In this document: in pieces, positions 48,974 through 58,792 of the stretch
Layout: each line of letters opens with the position of its first letter
Position numbering within the stretch: position 1 is the stretch's first letter
NCBI GenBank assembly: GCA_002811645.1
Contig: PDIP01000122.1
Coordinates: 183,962-247,961 of the forward strand
Direction: 5' to 3'
Length of the DNA stretch: 64,000 nt
Origin: Corallochytrium limacisporum Hawaii
Taxonomy: Eukaryota > Protista > Pluriformea
The notes under the pieces: generated by a model
What the model was told of the DNA's origin: nothing
Databases searched by the model: none
What the model saw: the letters and a program-made list of their open reading frames with translations, nothing else
Program-made: the position numbers and the translations under genes

Positions 48974-49696
48974 CTACGCAGCCCTCTGTGCCTCGGGAAG
49001 GTAAGGGCCAGATACTAGGACAATCTTGTAGATCTGGTAAATTTGCTATACAATTTTCCCCTCCCTTTCTATGCAATGTCAATTGGCCAGGGACCTTTAG
49101 CTGATTCCCCTAAGTTACTTCATTAAGACGTAAATAGCTGATAACCTGATTCAGATGGATTAATCACGCGGTACACCCTGAGAAAGTCATAAATTATGTG
49201 AGGCGAACACTCTAGGCGTCTGGAAGTTGCCGTTATTCTTCATCTGTACACTGATGAGTACTCAATTGGTCGCAGAATTTAGGTGAGTGATGAGTGCCTC
49301 TTTCAATTTATTACCAACCTACCCGGCACTTGGGGTACCGGTGCCCTGAATGTCTTCTGTCCTTTCGGGACGCATCTCCCACGAGGCACCCTCAGTTGCT
49401 GGGCTTATGGAAAGGGCACGTCAGTCAGCGGGGGCGGGGTTGCGGGTGGGTTCGCGTACAAGTCGCATTCGGAATCCTCACTGAAGGTCGAATCAAACGC
49501 TTCACCCGGGATTCATATTATTTCGTCCACATCACTCGAAATGCGTTGCAGATTGGGAGAATATATACGGAGATCTGAGGGAACAGTTATTTCAAGGAGT
49601 AAGATGGCTGGTACTTTGTTGAAGTTTGATTTGCATGAAGCAAAACCTGGGTCCGTAAGAAACTCAGGATTATTGAACAACTCTAGAAACAACAAC

Positions 49697-50518
49697 ATGT
49701 CGCTGCAGAACGGTCTTGGATTCATCGGAGCTGGTGCGATGGCCTCTGCCATCATTCGCGGTGTGCTTGCTGCTGGTGTCATCGAACCCTCCAAAATTTG
49801 GGCCTCCGATGGTTGGGACACTGCCTTGGAACGCCTCAAGGATACTGGGATCAACACCACCAAGGACAACAATGAGGTGGTCAAGAATACTGACACTATC
49901 ATCATTGCTGTGAAGCCGCACATTGTTGCCAAGGTGTTGAGTGGAAACACTGTGATAACAGAGAAGAAGTTGATCGTTTCCATTGCCGCAGGAATTACCA
50001 TTGCAGATATGGAAAAGATGCTCGGCAAACCAATCCCTGTCGTCCGCGTAATGCCCAACACTCCTGCTCAGGTCGGTGCTGTTGCAGCCGGTGTTGCTGG
50101 AGGGGCACATGCCACCCAAGAACACACAGACCTCGTCGAGACAGTTTTCGGGGCTATTGGCAAGGCGTACACTGTGCCTGAGAATCTTCTGGATGCGGTG
50201 ACCGGTGTCAGTGGCTCTGGTCCTGCCTACATCTACCTGGTCATTGAGGCTATGGCTGACGGTGGTGTACGTGCTGGACTACCTCGTGATATTGCTCTTG
50301 GACTTGCTGCACAAACGGTATTCGGGGCATCAAAGATGGTTCTAGAGACGGGAGAGCACCCTGGTGTGCTTAAAGACAAGGTGTGCTCGCCTGGCGGCAC
50401 CACGATTACTGCCGTGCATGAACTTGAGAACAATGGTCTGCGCGCAGCCTTTATTAATGCTGTCTACGCTGCAGCCACCAAGGCCGCCGATCTGGGTAAG
50501 GCAAACTCTAAGCTTTAA
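49697..50518 (+). CDS. PYCR: Pyrroline-5-carboxylate reductase
   Basis: GFIGAGAMA, IIAVKP, VSIAAGI, VRVMPNTP, TGVSGSGPAY, HPGVLKDKVCSPGGTT. Start placed at 49697 (aacaacATG); the upstream extension in the ORF track is not homologous. Confidence 0.96.
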   Translation: MSLQNGLGFIGAGAMASAIIRGVLAAGVIEPSKIWASDGWDTALERLKDTGINTTKDNNEVVKNTDTIIIAVKPHIVAKVLSGNTVITEKKLIVSIAAGITIADMEKMLGKPIPVVRVMPNTPAQVGAVAAGVAGGAHATQEHTDLVETVFGAIGKAYTVPENLLDAVTGVSGSGPAYIYLVIEAMADGGVRAGLPRDIALGLAAQTVFGASKMVLETGEHPGVLKDKVCSPGGTTITAVHELENNGLRAAFINAVYAAATKAADLGKANSKL

Positions 50519-51010
50519 GTTCTAATCTTTGCGCGTTACAGCATAGCAAGCAGAATAGTTTCAAGCTCGTCGAGATTTCTGTAAGCAATAAGAAGCGACA
50601 GATCAGACACACAGAAATAAAATAGTCTATAATCATATATTTTCTTCACTTACGAACATGTACACTCACACCCAATATGCGATCGCATCGCAGAAAGGCA
50701 GCTCTTGGTAGGTCTGCTTTGGGCGGGGCCATTGCCGGCGCTCCCTCCCGCCCACCTTCTCCCCACTGCGCAATCGTTCCGATTCCGGTCCCTCCCGCCT
50801 ACCTTCTGCCTACTGCGCAATCGTTCCGCTCCCTTCCAAGGGGACATTCTCTGAGCTCGCCCTTTGGGCGCGGAGAACGGTTCAAACCTCTGAGCTATTT
50901 GCTCAGCAAGCGGACGCCGGGTAAGGTTCTTCAGTTGCAGATACAATGTAATACAAGAATCAAACCTATCCGGTGCTTCACACCAGAACATACGAAGTTC
51001 GATCCTTCTG

Positions 51011-51826
51011 ATGAGCATGGTCACCACCAGGCGACAGGCCACAAAACCAGTCGAGGCGTTTGAATTGGGAGACAAGAAGTTGTCAAAAAAACTTCATGAG
51101 GGAACAAATCCAGAGCCTGCCATAGAGGCTTATCACAACACAGGGAGCACTGTTCATTACGAAGTCCTCGCGAGTTTGAATGATGGCTTGATGAAGGGAG
51201 CATTGGTGTTGCACACGACCAGCTTCTTCAACTCACCTCTTGAGGTGGCCGCCTACGCAAGCGCTGCCTTTTCCTTGGCTCTTGCCGTCGCTACAGAAAT
51301 GTCGTCAGCTCTGCAGCGTTTAGTGTTACAGGAGCACCGATACACGGAGATACGTCGCGAATACTGGGAATTCGATAATTACCCAGAAGGAGAAATCAAA
51401 GAAATGATCGCCATCTACAAAGGCCGAGGGGTCCAGGAGAAGGACGCCAAGTCTGTCCTGCGAACGCTACAGTCCTATCGTGACTTCTTTGTTGAGCACA
51501 TGATCACACTTGAGCTGGGCTTTATCCCACGACCAAAACCAACAGATTTCTTTCTTCGGGCCATAGCATGTATCGTTGTCAACGCTGCCGCTGCGACGTT
51601 GCCAACCGTGATCAGTACCATTTCCGCATTGCACTCAGGCATGGGAACCCTGGACCATACAGGTGTCTACTTCGCTCTGGCAGGAGTCGCACTTCTAGGG
51701 GCCGAGAACAGCTATCGCCTTCGCCAGACAGTGGCTTTGGGTGTTATGTATGCCGTTCTCACTCTGCTCGCTCCAATGGCGCTGCTCCACAGCTTAGCAG
51801 CTTGGTTCCCGGCTCGTGCCAACTGA
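51011..51826 (+). CDS. VIT1/CCC1-family vacuolar Fe/Mn transporter-like protein (divergent)
   Basis: LNDGL in TM1 and a cytosolic metal-binding region E.RREYWE..NYPEGEIKEM..IY..RG..DA..FFVEHM..LELG, followed by three TM helices. The start may be 51017. Confidence 0.85.
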   Translation: MSMVTTRRQATKPVEAFELGDKKLSKKLHEGTNPEPAIEAYHNTGSTVHYEVLASLNDGLMKGALVLHTTSFFNSPLEVAAYASAAFSLALAVATEMSSALQRLVLQEHRYTEIRREYWEFDNYPEGEIKEMIAIYKGRGVQEKDAKSVLRTLQSYRDFFVEHMITLELGFIPRPKPTDFFLRAIACIVVNAAAATLPTVISTISALHSGMGTLDHTGVYFALAGVALLGAENSYRLRQTVALGVMYAVLTLLAPMALLHSLAAWFPARAN

Positions 51827-51973
51827 ATACTATCGCCATTCAACCATTAAATGAGTTCTACATAGATTCTTTACCGTCACGGTGGGGTATCCATCAACCT
51901 CTCTGATCTCTTAACGACGATCCGGCAAGATGGGGGCCTAAAATTCCAAGGTCACTCTTAGCTCCTTCGGTGC

Positions 51974-51981
51974 GCGCGAAA
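51974..51981 (-). promoter_or_regulatory. E2F-consensus site (TTTCGCGC) upstream of the 831-aa ORF
   Basis: GCGCGAAA on the + strand, plus a second E2F-like GGCGGAAA at 52162-52169. Confidence 0.35.
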
Positions 51982-52216
51982 ATTTTAGGATCGGGGTGGG
52001 GCCTCCACAGAGTCGGGAGGTAAGCTCGGTGGAGACCCCGAGGCCTCGCATCCCTCAGTTGACAAGGTGCAAAATGCAGGTGGTCGACTTGTAAAGTACG
52101 GCCAATTGCAATTCATATGTATACAAACGGATCGTTCGATAATGTGTATTGACAAAGTAATGGCGGAAAAGGACAAGGTTGAGACGCGGTCTAAAATGCG
52201 TGCAATATGAACCAAA

Positions 52217-54712
52217 ATGGCTACGGCTCACAGTCGCTTGTGTCAGTACTACGGGGATCTTCGGGGACCCTTTGTGATAGAATCACATGATGCCCATGAA
52301 TATTTCTACAACGATTTAGGATTCATTATTATTGTGAATGATCAAGGTACATCCTGCTACAAACTCTGCGGAGTACCGTTAGATTTCGTGAGCTCCTTGC
52401 AGGTGTTTGCACTGGTCGCTGATCCTGAACCCGGCAAATACGGTGTTCTGGCGCAAACTTCTTGTCATGAAGTTAGAAAGCTCCATTGTCACTTTTTCGC
52501 GTTCAAACAAAGTGCCATACGGGACGTGAATTATTTAAACTTGGTGTATCCAAAAACTCTGAAGTTGTGTAATTCACCTGGTGAGATTACAACAACATGT
52601 GCTGCTACTCAATTGCCTTTCTGGATAGCTGGGAACTTCCTGTATCGAACTGGCATCGCGGACGCAGATACAGAAGGCAGAGTCTCGCACACGAGTGCTC
52701 ATACTCGTTTAGTTTGGAAGGAGTCAATAGAGCTCTTTTTGGAATCGGAAGGAATATACAAAATCGTGGCCACCGAAAGAGTGCCAGCAATGACAACATC
52801 TGTTCGAGGTGATGACCTGCCAATGTTGCAAGAATGGGATGTTCTCAGTTGGGACACAGACAACCCTCCGTCCTGTGTTAATTCTCATGGTGTTACATGG
52901 CAGACAGATGGATTTCGTTGCCACTGGACCAACGATGGATCCATTTTCTGCAGGAGTGGCCACATGCAGCCTGACGTAATGGGCCGAGTGGAGGAAGCGC
53001 CCGAGTTACGTTGGGTCTGGAATCTGTCATGGGAAAGTTCAGGGCACTCGACACGAAGAGTCCTGGTCCTCGCAGAAAACGGTATGCTCTATGCTTACAC
53101 TTTTCAGTACACAAGCCCACCACGTGTGCTTCTTTTACATGATGGTCAATGTATCAAACAAAGGTTGTCCTGTGGGTCTATAAGAAAAGTGATCGCAACC
53201 AAACATTCCGTTCTACTCATGGATGCAGCAAGCACAATGTGGCGGGCTGGCATCCCGATTGACTACACTTTCGACATGCTTGAGTTGCTGGAACCTGTCA
53301 ATTTTTCACAAAGTGCAAAGTCTTGGTTTGATAGATGTCAAGTTGCAGGCAGTCACCTCCAAAGCAAGATTTACATAATGGACACTGGCCGTGGCGAATT
53401 ACACTTGGTTGACGTGGAAGAATTGCGCAGCTCTACTTGCAGAGGATCTGGTGACTCTACTGAAGCACTATTGACTGAATTGAAGTCTTTGCACAAGGAA
53501 TCTTCTCGCCATGGACTTGTGGTCAAGATTCGGACTGTTGACAAATATCTCAGACTTGTTAGTGATTTGCAACAGCTTAAAGAGCCTTTGGCGCATGTCT
53601 TACGGGTTGTCGGTAGCACCTTCTGCCTCAACAAGCGCCATACGATTTTGTCATCAGCTACTAAAGGATTGCACATGTGGTGTGAATTGCAGGCTCTGGA
53701 GAAGTGGAAGGTGTGCCCGAACGGAAGGGCTCTCGAGGTGCATCAGAGGCTCACTTCCGCCCCAGGAGTGCAGGTTTGCACAATCGGACTTCCAGCGAGT
53801 GACACAGGACTCAGTGAAAGCGAAGCAGTTAAGGAAGCTGTTAGTTTTACCCTCAACAGGAACATCTTACCAACAGATGTGCTGTCAGTTTTTGCATATT
53901 TGGAGCCTCTTGACCTGCTCTTGAATGTACTAGAACCAACCATTGTTGCCGGGATACCCATGGCTCTGCCAAACGCTCTTCCTGCCGACGTCTCCAATGT
54001 TTGGGACGGTGACCACAAGTTTGCTGCTAACGTTCTCAAGGATTGGGACGAAAGGGAAGAGGGAACGCATCAGATGGCAGAATGGCTTGAAGTAGAATCA
54101 AATCGTCCCGAGTTCCATGAAGATTGCACTTTCACAGAAGATCTTCTGCGGCCCTCACGTATGTTTCTCAAGGTTCCTGTTGATATCGTTAAGGAGCCGG
54201 AGCCTCATGTCCAGCTGATTCCCACGTATGCGTTCATGCGAACTTCTCCTATGAGCTCTGGCAGGAAGCGGATGTTGTATCTGAAACACATTCGTCGCGA
54301 CCGACTAGAAGTGCACGCGGATATTGACAGCATCCTGGAGCTTTTCGCTGCTGATTTGATACGGCCGGTGGGAGGCCCAATATCACAGCCTATAGTGGCC
54401 GGCTTAGACAACAATGCAAACTTCCAGAGACTATGCAAGCGCTATAGAGCCGCTAAGAACAAAATGGCTATGATGATTCGCCTATGGTCCCGTACGATGG
54501 AACCTGTCGGTCACACTGGATGTGACGACAAGGAGAATGCAGAGCCCAATCATGGCGTATCCGTGACGACTAACTCAAATTGCCCCGTGAAATCATTGAC
54601 AAACGCACTCGAAGAGGGCCTTGACACCCGCCTGCACAGCGCCCATGGTGGCCTGCTGCGTGCGGAAGAAGAGCTCATGGTGTATATGATCGGTGCCATT
54701 GTTAAGAAGTGA
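52217..54712 (+). CDS. Hypothetical 831-aa protein (beta-rich N-half, coiled coil, beta-sandwich; possibly FAAP100/FANCB-like)
   Basis: Long uninterrupted ORF with A at -3. Confidence refers to it being coding; the family assignment is tentative. Confidence 0.8.
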   Translation: MATAHSRLCQYYGDLRGPFVIESHDAHEYFYNDLGFIIIVNDQGTSCYKLCGVPLDFVSSLQVFALVADPEPGKYGVLAQTSCHEVRKLHCHFFAFKQSAIRDVNYLNLVYPKTLKLCNSPGEITTTCAATQLPFWIAGNFLYRTGIADADTEGRVSHTSAHTRLVWKESIELFLESEGIYKIVATERVPAMTTSVRGDDLPMLQEWDVLSWDTDNPPSCVNSHGVTWQTDGFRCHWTNDGSIFCRSGHMQPDVMGRVEEAPELRWVWNLSWESSGHSTRRVLVLAENGMLYAYTFQYTSPPRVLLLHDGQCIKQRLSCGSIRKVIATKHSVLLMDAASTMWRAGIPIDYTFDMLELLEPVNFSQSAKSWFDRCQVAGSHLQSKIYIMDTGRGELHLVDVEELRSSTCRGSGDSTEALLTELKSLHKESSRHGLVVKIRTVDKYLRLVSDLQQLKEPLAHVLRVVGSTFCLNKRHTILSSATKGLHMWCELQALEKWKVCPNGRALEVHQRLTSAPGVQVCTIGLPASDTGLSESEAVKEAVSFTLNRNILPTDVLSVFAYLEPLDLLLNVLEPTIVAGIPMALPNALPADVSNVWDGDHKFAANVLKDWDEREEGTHQMAEWLEVESNRPEFHEDCTFTEDLLRPSRMFLKVPVDIVKEPEPHVQLIPTYAFMRTSPMSSGRKRMLYLKHIRRDRLEVHADIDSILELFAADLIRPVGGPISQPIVAGLDNNANFQRLCKRYRAAKNKMAMMIRLWSRTMEPVGHTGCDDKENAEPNHGVSVTTNSNCPVKSLTNALEEGLDTRLHSAHGGLLRAEEELMVYMIGAIVKK

Positions 54713-54792
54713 CGAGATCCCTAAAGAATCATTATAAAACTGTACCTAATGTTTTCTATTCTACAAAGATCATTTTTTCACCTCTACTTCGT

Positions 54793-57700
54793 CTAGCGTA
54801 TGGCCTGCAGCAGTTCCACTAGGCTTTGCACCGCCGAATCTTCACCCATCTGTGGAGCCTGTTCTAGCAAGAACATGAGCGTTCTCTGATAGTTTCGTTC
54901 CTTTAGCGTACGCGTGAAACCGTCGTCATTGCCGCCCTTGTGATCGTTCACTCCGCCAACGGCAGAGTCTGAGCGCAGTTGGGGCATAGATCCAGCACTG
55001 GGAGACGGCCGAGGCAAGGAAGAGAATACACGGAGCAAGACACTTGCATGCTCCTGCAGCAATGTCCTGTAATCAGCCAGGTTCTTCTGGCCGCCAGGAA
55101 GGGCTGTGGTCGCTGGCACGAACGACACGAGATGCACAATTGTCATCTGCACCTTGTTGATCAGTGTGTCGCGGTGCTGCATGTTCGACAGGGATGCGAA
55201 ACGCGATACCAGGTCCATGCTATGAAGCATGTTCAAGAGCAAGGTGTAGAGCAGGTCCGGATTGTTGCCTAGGTACCTTTCTGCAGGCTCTTGAATCTGC
55301 AAAATCACCGCTGTGGACGAGGTGCGTACTTTAAAGTTCGCAGCCTTCAACGCCGCATGCAGGACAGCGCCCCATAGTCTATGCAGCAAAGGATTGGTCT
55401 CAGCAACATCGTACGCTACGTTCCAATTCTCGATGCCGTCGAGCAAGCGAGCGGCTGCTGATGCTGCGTTCCACGCTACCTTGGGGTGGTACTGTGGTTT
55501 CGGTTTGCTGCTGCTCCTGGAATTCCCATGATCGTCACCGGTCGTGACCTCAACGTGCCACAAGCAGTCGCAAATAAGGTCTATGGAGCGAGCCATGCTC
55601 GATGATCCGGGCTTCTTGTCCCCGTAAGTGGCGAGGATTCCAATTCCACGCATACCATGTGCACACGCATTGGCATGCAGCTTCTTCTGGTCCGCAACTG
55701 TAATGGCGTCGATGAAGAAGGACAGCAGTGACTCTGTGGCGTCCTTCAGCTCACCGCTGGCTGGTGTTTTGGATTCCGGATCGACTATCTGCGACGCCAC
55801 GGACGAAAGGCTCCAGAATACCCGGGTGTGCAGCGTGCTGGCACTCTTTGCATCTCGGCCGTTAGTGCTACCAACGCCAGTGGCTTTGGTGTTGGATAAG
55901 GACAAAACAAAGTCCAGGGCTCGTCGCCCGCGTTTATCACCCGATTGATCTGTCTCCGCAAATGCCTCCCGATCGATCATGCCTCCAAGCGCCCGAACAA
56001 TCGCGAGTAACAAGATGGGGCTGTTGCCTGTTTGCTTTCGGTCACCGGTGAGGCGGTACAGTTCCTCCATGACCACTTCCCGAAGCTGGTGTCTGTACGA
56101 CTTACTGATCCGACTTGTCGCGTAAATAACATCACAGATGGCGGCCTTCGTGACTGGGCCCTTGATGGTCTGCAGCGCCGCTGGGATGCAGTTATCGATC
56201 ATCTGGTTGGCGAAATGCTCGGAAGCCTGCACAGAGAGCGCAGCTACATGCTTCTGTATCAATTCGCTCACCGCTTCGACCACCTTTAGCGTGTGCAGTG
56301 CCAGATCCTCGCCACATGAACCCTTGGCGATTTCTGTGACTTCCAAAGCTACAGTGATCGCCGCGTCTACGGCTGCGTGCTCACCACCATTGTCGATACT
56401 GCCATACGCTTCTTCGAATTGGTTCGTTATTGCCACTACAAGGCAGTGGCATGCCTCGATCCGTACCGGTGTAACTTCACCCTTCTCACCGAGCACCCGG
56501 GATCGCAGGCTCGTAATCACACCGCGCTCCAGGAGCATCACCGCCACCTCCGACGACCACAGCTCACGATTTGCGGCACTGTTGCTGCTCGCCGTGCTCA
56601 ATAGTGCTGTCTTGCGCTCACCATCCGCGGAGAGCAGAGCGGCCAGTGTCGAATGACTCGCCACACGAACGTCTGCAGTTCGTGCCTGCAGGTATGGTAC
56701 GATGGCGTCGAGCGTCGTGTTCAGAAAACCGTCCCGCAGCCGTGCATAAACGGAGCTGCGCAAGACCGCTGCGAGGCACTGTAAGAGTGACAGGAGAACC
56801 ACGGCCGACTGTTCACGGTTCAGAGAGGACCATAGGACCCGATGCGTTACTTCGATGCTTATGCCCAACCTCTCGGATAGTGAGGTGTATCCAGAGGCAG
56901 AAAAGTTCCGGCCACTCTGAACTTGAGTCATTGACGTGGCAGAAGAGCTTGATTTGCCTCCGCTCGCGCTGCTCGATCGAGCGTGTGGAGATGTCATCGC
57001 GTTCGGGTCCGATGCGGCGATGGACAGGAATTGCTTAATGCCAGAGCTAGAGAACAGTGCCGTGAGAGCCGCAAAACAAGCTGCTCGGTTCCGTAGAGAC
57101 GGGTCCAGGACAGCGATGTCAGCCAGAGTTTTGGGTACCTCTCGCGCCTGCGACTCTTCGCGCCAGTGGGTGTCTGCATCAGCACCCTGTTCTGCAACCG
57201 CAATGGTACCAATATGTGCGCCTTCCGGCACAAATTTTCCCCAGTTTGCGTGCACTATACGCGGCGGCAGAATCATGAAGAACTGCGCTAATCGTTGCAA
57301 GGCATAACGACGAACCCAGCTTGGGCTCTCATCTGTATCCTGACCCGGTCGTCCATCCGCCCCAGAGAAAAAAACTGAATACTTCTTGCCACCGCCTGAG
57401 TCCGAGTCTCCGCTTGCTTCCCCTGCGCTCATGTCACTCTGCAAGCGCAGATTGCGATTGCTAGCAACCGCAGAAGTTGATGCACAGTTGGTGCTGCTAA
57501 GTTCCCACATCTCACCCCTATACGGTAGCCGATACAATGCCAGAGTCCGCAGATCCATGAGGAGATCACCACATGCCTCTAGCACCGTCGGATTTGCATT
57601 TGCTTTCTTTGTGCCTGATCCACTGCGGAAGTCCTCAGCCCGTAGATTCGTAGCCAGGCTACCCAGAAATTTCAAGAACTTGGAAGCTACCTTCAGCACC

Positions 57701-58395
57701 CATTCTGTCTCCTGCTCATTGGGTTGCAATTCAAGGCTTTGCTTAAGTGATCTCAAGAGACTAACAGCAGGTACCAAGGCGGCTAAGGAGGCCTGATTTA
57801 GTGTTAGTTTGCCTTTTGCTGCCAAAATACCTTTGCTGCTCAGTATACTGCTTGCAATAGTTAGAAGATTGATCTGAGTTGCGTTGCCTGTTTTAACTGC
57901 AGCCGAAAAGGCTTCCATTTGCCACTCGTCTTGCTCATCCCCAAGAAAATAGTCAATGATTTCCGGTTCTACATCTTCACCCCGATTAATTATACAATGC
58001 GAGAGCAACTGCGCAGCCGGCCCTGAATCACCTGACTCGTCCTGCGCCATCCGCCAGCTGCACTGGCAGATTTCTTTAAAGAGTGCTGCCGGTAGCTTGC
58101 CAACCACGCTGCTCGGATCTACTCTCAAGCCCATGTTGATGCATTGTACACATGCCCTGCTACACCCATTCATCTGTACGAGGGCATCGAGTTTATCTGC
58201 AATCCCTTGGGAAACATTTGCTGGCAGTGATAGCGTTGCAAGGTCATACTTTCGATTTCTCTCGCGTCCCTTCGTGTATAGTTTCTTCAGTGCTTCGTGC
58301 AGCACTACTGGATCCTCGGGGCCTGCTGTCCACGTGGTCATCCATTGCTGTACCCAGGAAGAACTGAGTCCTCCTTCCATGGGACCAGCGGTCAT
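54793..58395 (-). CDS. HEATR6: HEAT repeat-containing protein 6 (DUF4042)
   Basis: W..F.P, TL..I..DP..R.R, YTSLSERLG..I..H..L, LQCLA..Y.RL..G, PKVAWNA..A, NFKVR. First ATG is 58395 (the ORF track starts at a GTG). Confidence 0.85.
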   Translation of the reverse strand: MTAGPMEGGLSSSWVQQWMTTWTAGPEDPVVLHEALKKLYTKGRERNRKYDLATLSLPANVSQGIADKLDALVQMNGCSRACVQCINMGLRVDPSSVVGKLPAALFKEICQCSWRMAQDESGDSGPAAQLLSHCIINRGEDVEPEIIDYFLGDEQDEWQMEAFSAAVKTGNATQINLLTIASSILSSKGILAAKGKLTLNQASLAALVPAVSLLRSLKQSLELQPNEQETEWVLKVASKFLKFLGSLATNLRAEDFRSGSGTKKANANPTVLEACGDLLMDLRTLALYRLPYRGEMWELSSTNCASTSAVASNRNLRLQSDMSAGEASGDSDSGGGKKYSVFFSGADGRPGQDTDESPSWVRRYALQRLAQFFMILPPRIVHANWGKFVPEGAHIGTIAVAEQGADADTHWREESQAREVPKTLADIAVLDPSLRNRAACFAALTALFSSSGIKQFLSIAASDPNAMTSPHARSSSASGGKSSSSATSMTQVQSGRNFSASGYTSLSERLGISIEVTHRVLWSSLNREQSAVVLLSLLQCLAAVLRSSVYARLRDGFLNTTLDAIVPYLQARTADVRVASHSTLAALLSADGERKTALLSTASSNSAANRELWSSEVAVMLLERGVITSLRSRVLGEKGEVTPVRIEACHCLVVAITNQFEEAYGSIDNGGEHAAVDAAITVALEVTEIAKGSCGEDLALHTLKVVEAVSELIQKHVAALSVQASEHFANQMIDNCIPAALQTIKGPVTKAAICDVIYATSRISKSYRHQLREVVMEELYRLTGDRKQTGNSPILLLAIVRALGGMIDREAFAETDQSGDKRGRRALDFVLSLSNTKATGVGSTNGRDAKSASTLHTRVFWSLSSVASQIVDPESKTPASGELKDATESLLSFFIDAITVADQKKLHANACAHGMRGIGILATYGDKKPGSSSMARSIDLICDCLWHVEVTTGDDHGNSRSSSKPKPQYHPKVAWNAASAAARLLDGIENWNVAYDVAETNPLLHRLWGAVLHAALKAANFKVRTSSTAVILQIQEPAERYLGNNPDLLYTLLLNMLHSMDLVSRFASLSNMQHRDTLINKVQMTIVHLVSFVPATTALPGGQKNLADYRTLLQEHASVLLRVFSSLPRPSPSAGSMPQLRSDSAVGGVNDHKGGNDDGFTRTLKERNYQRTLMFLLEQAPQMGEDSAVQSLVELLQAIR

Positions 58396-58792
58396 TCTAG
58401 TATCTAGGGTTACCCTCGACACGTCATGTCATTGCCACTGACTGTTTCCGTCTGATCATGGGTTTCTTTACTCTCGCAGTGTGCATGTAATCTTCCGTGT
58501 TAGGCAATTTAACTGACATGAAATAGTAAATGCTTTAATAGCCAGTCATGTCTGGCCTCCGCCTTGAACATGCGAAGGGACCCACACTGGCCATCCCGCG
58601 CCCAGCCCAACTGAGACCCCAGGTCGGCGCGGGAAATCCAACTGGTCCCTTACAAAATATAGTCTATCTGGTCGGTTGTACTGTACGTATAAAATAGGTC
58701 TCGGATATATTGAGCCTGATAAAACTATGTTGGGAGGGAGGGGTGCAGACGGATCCGCAGGGGTTTGCCTGGTAGAGTATGTTTCTATATTG

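Noticed and set aside
49252-49290. CTGATGAG hammerhead-like core (also near 51008)
   Set aside because: No stem II followed by GAAA and no stems I/III.
49283-49696. 138-aa N-terminal extension of P5CR in the ORF track
   Set aside because: GTG start, runs through GC-box promoter-like sequence, and has no homology. ATG 49697 has the typical context and gives a normal-length enzyme.
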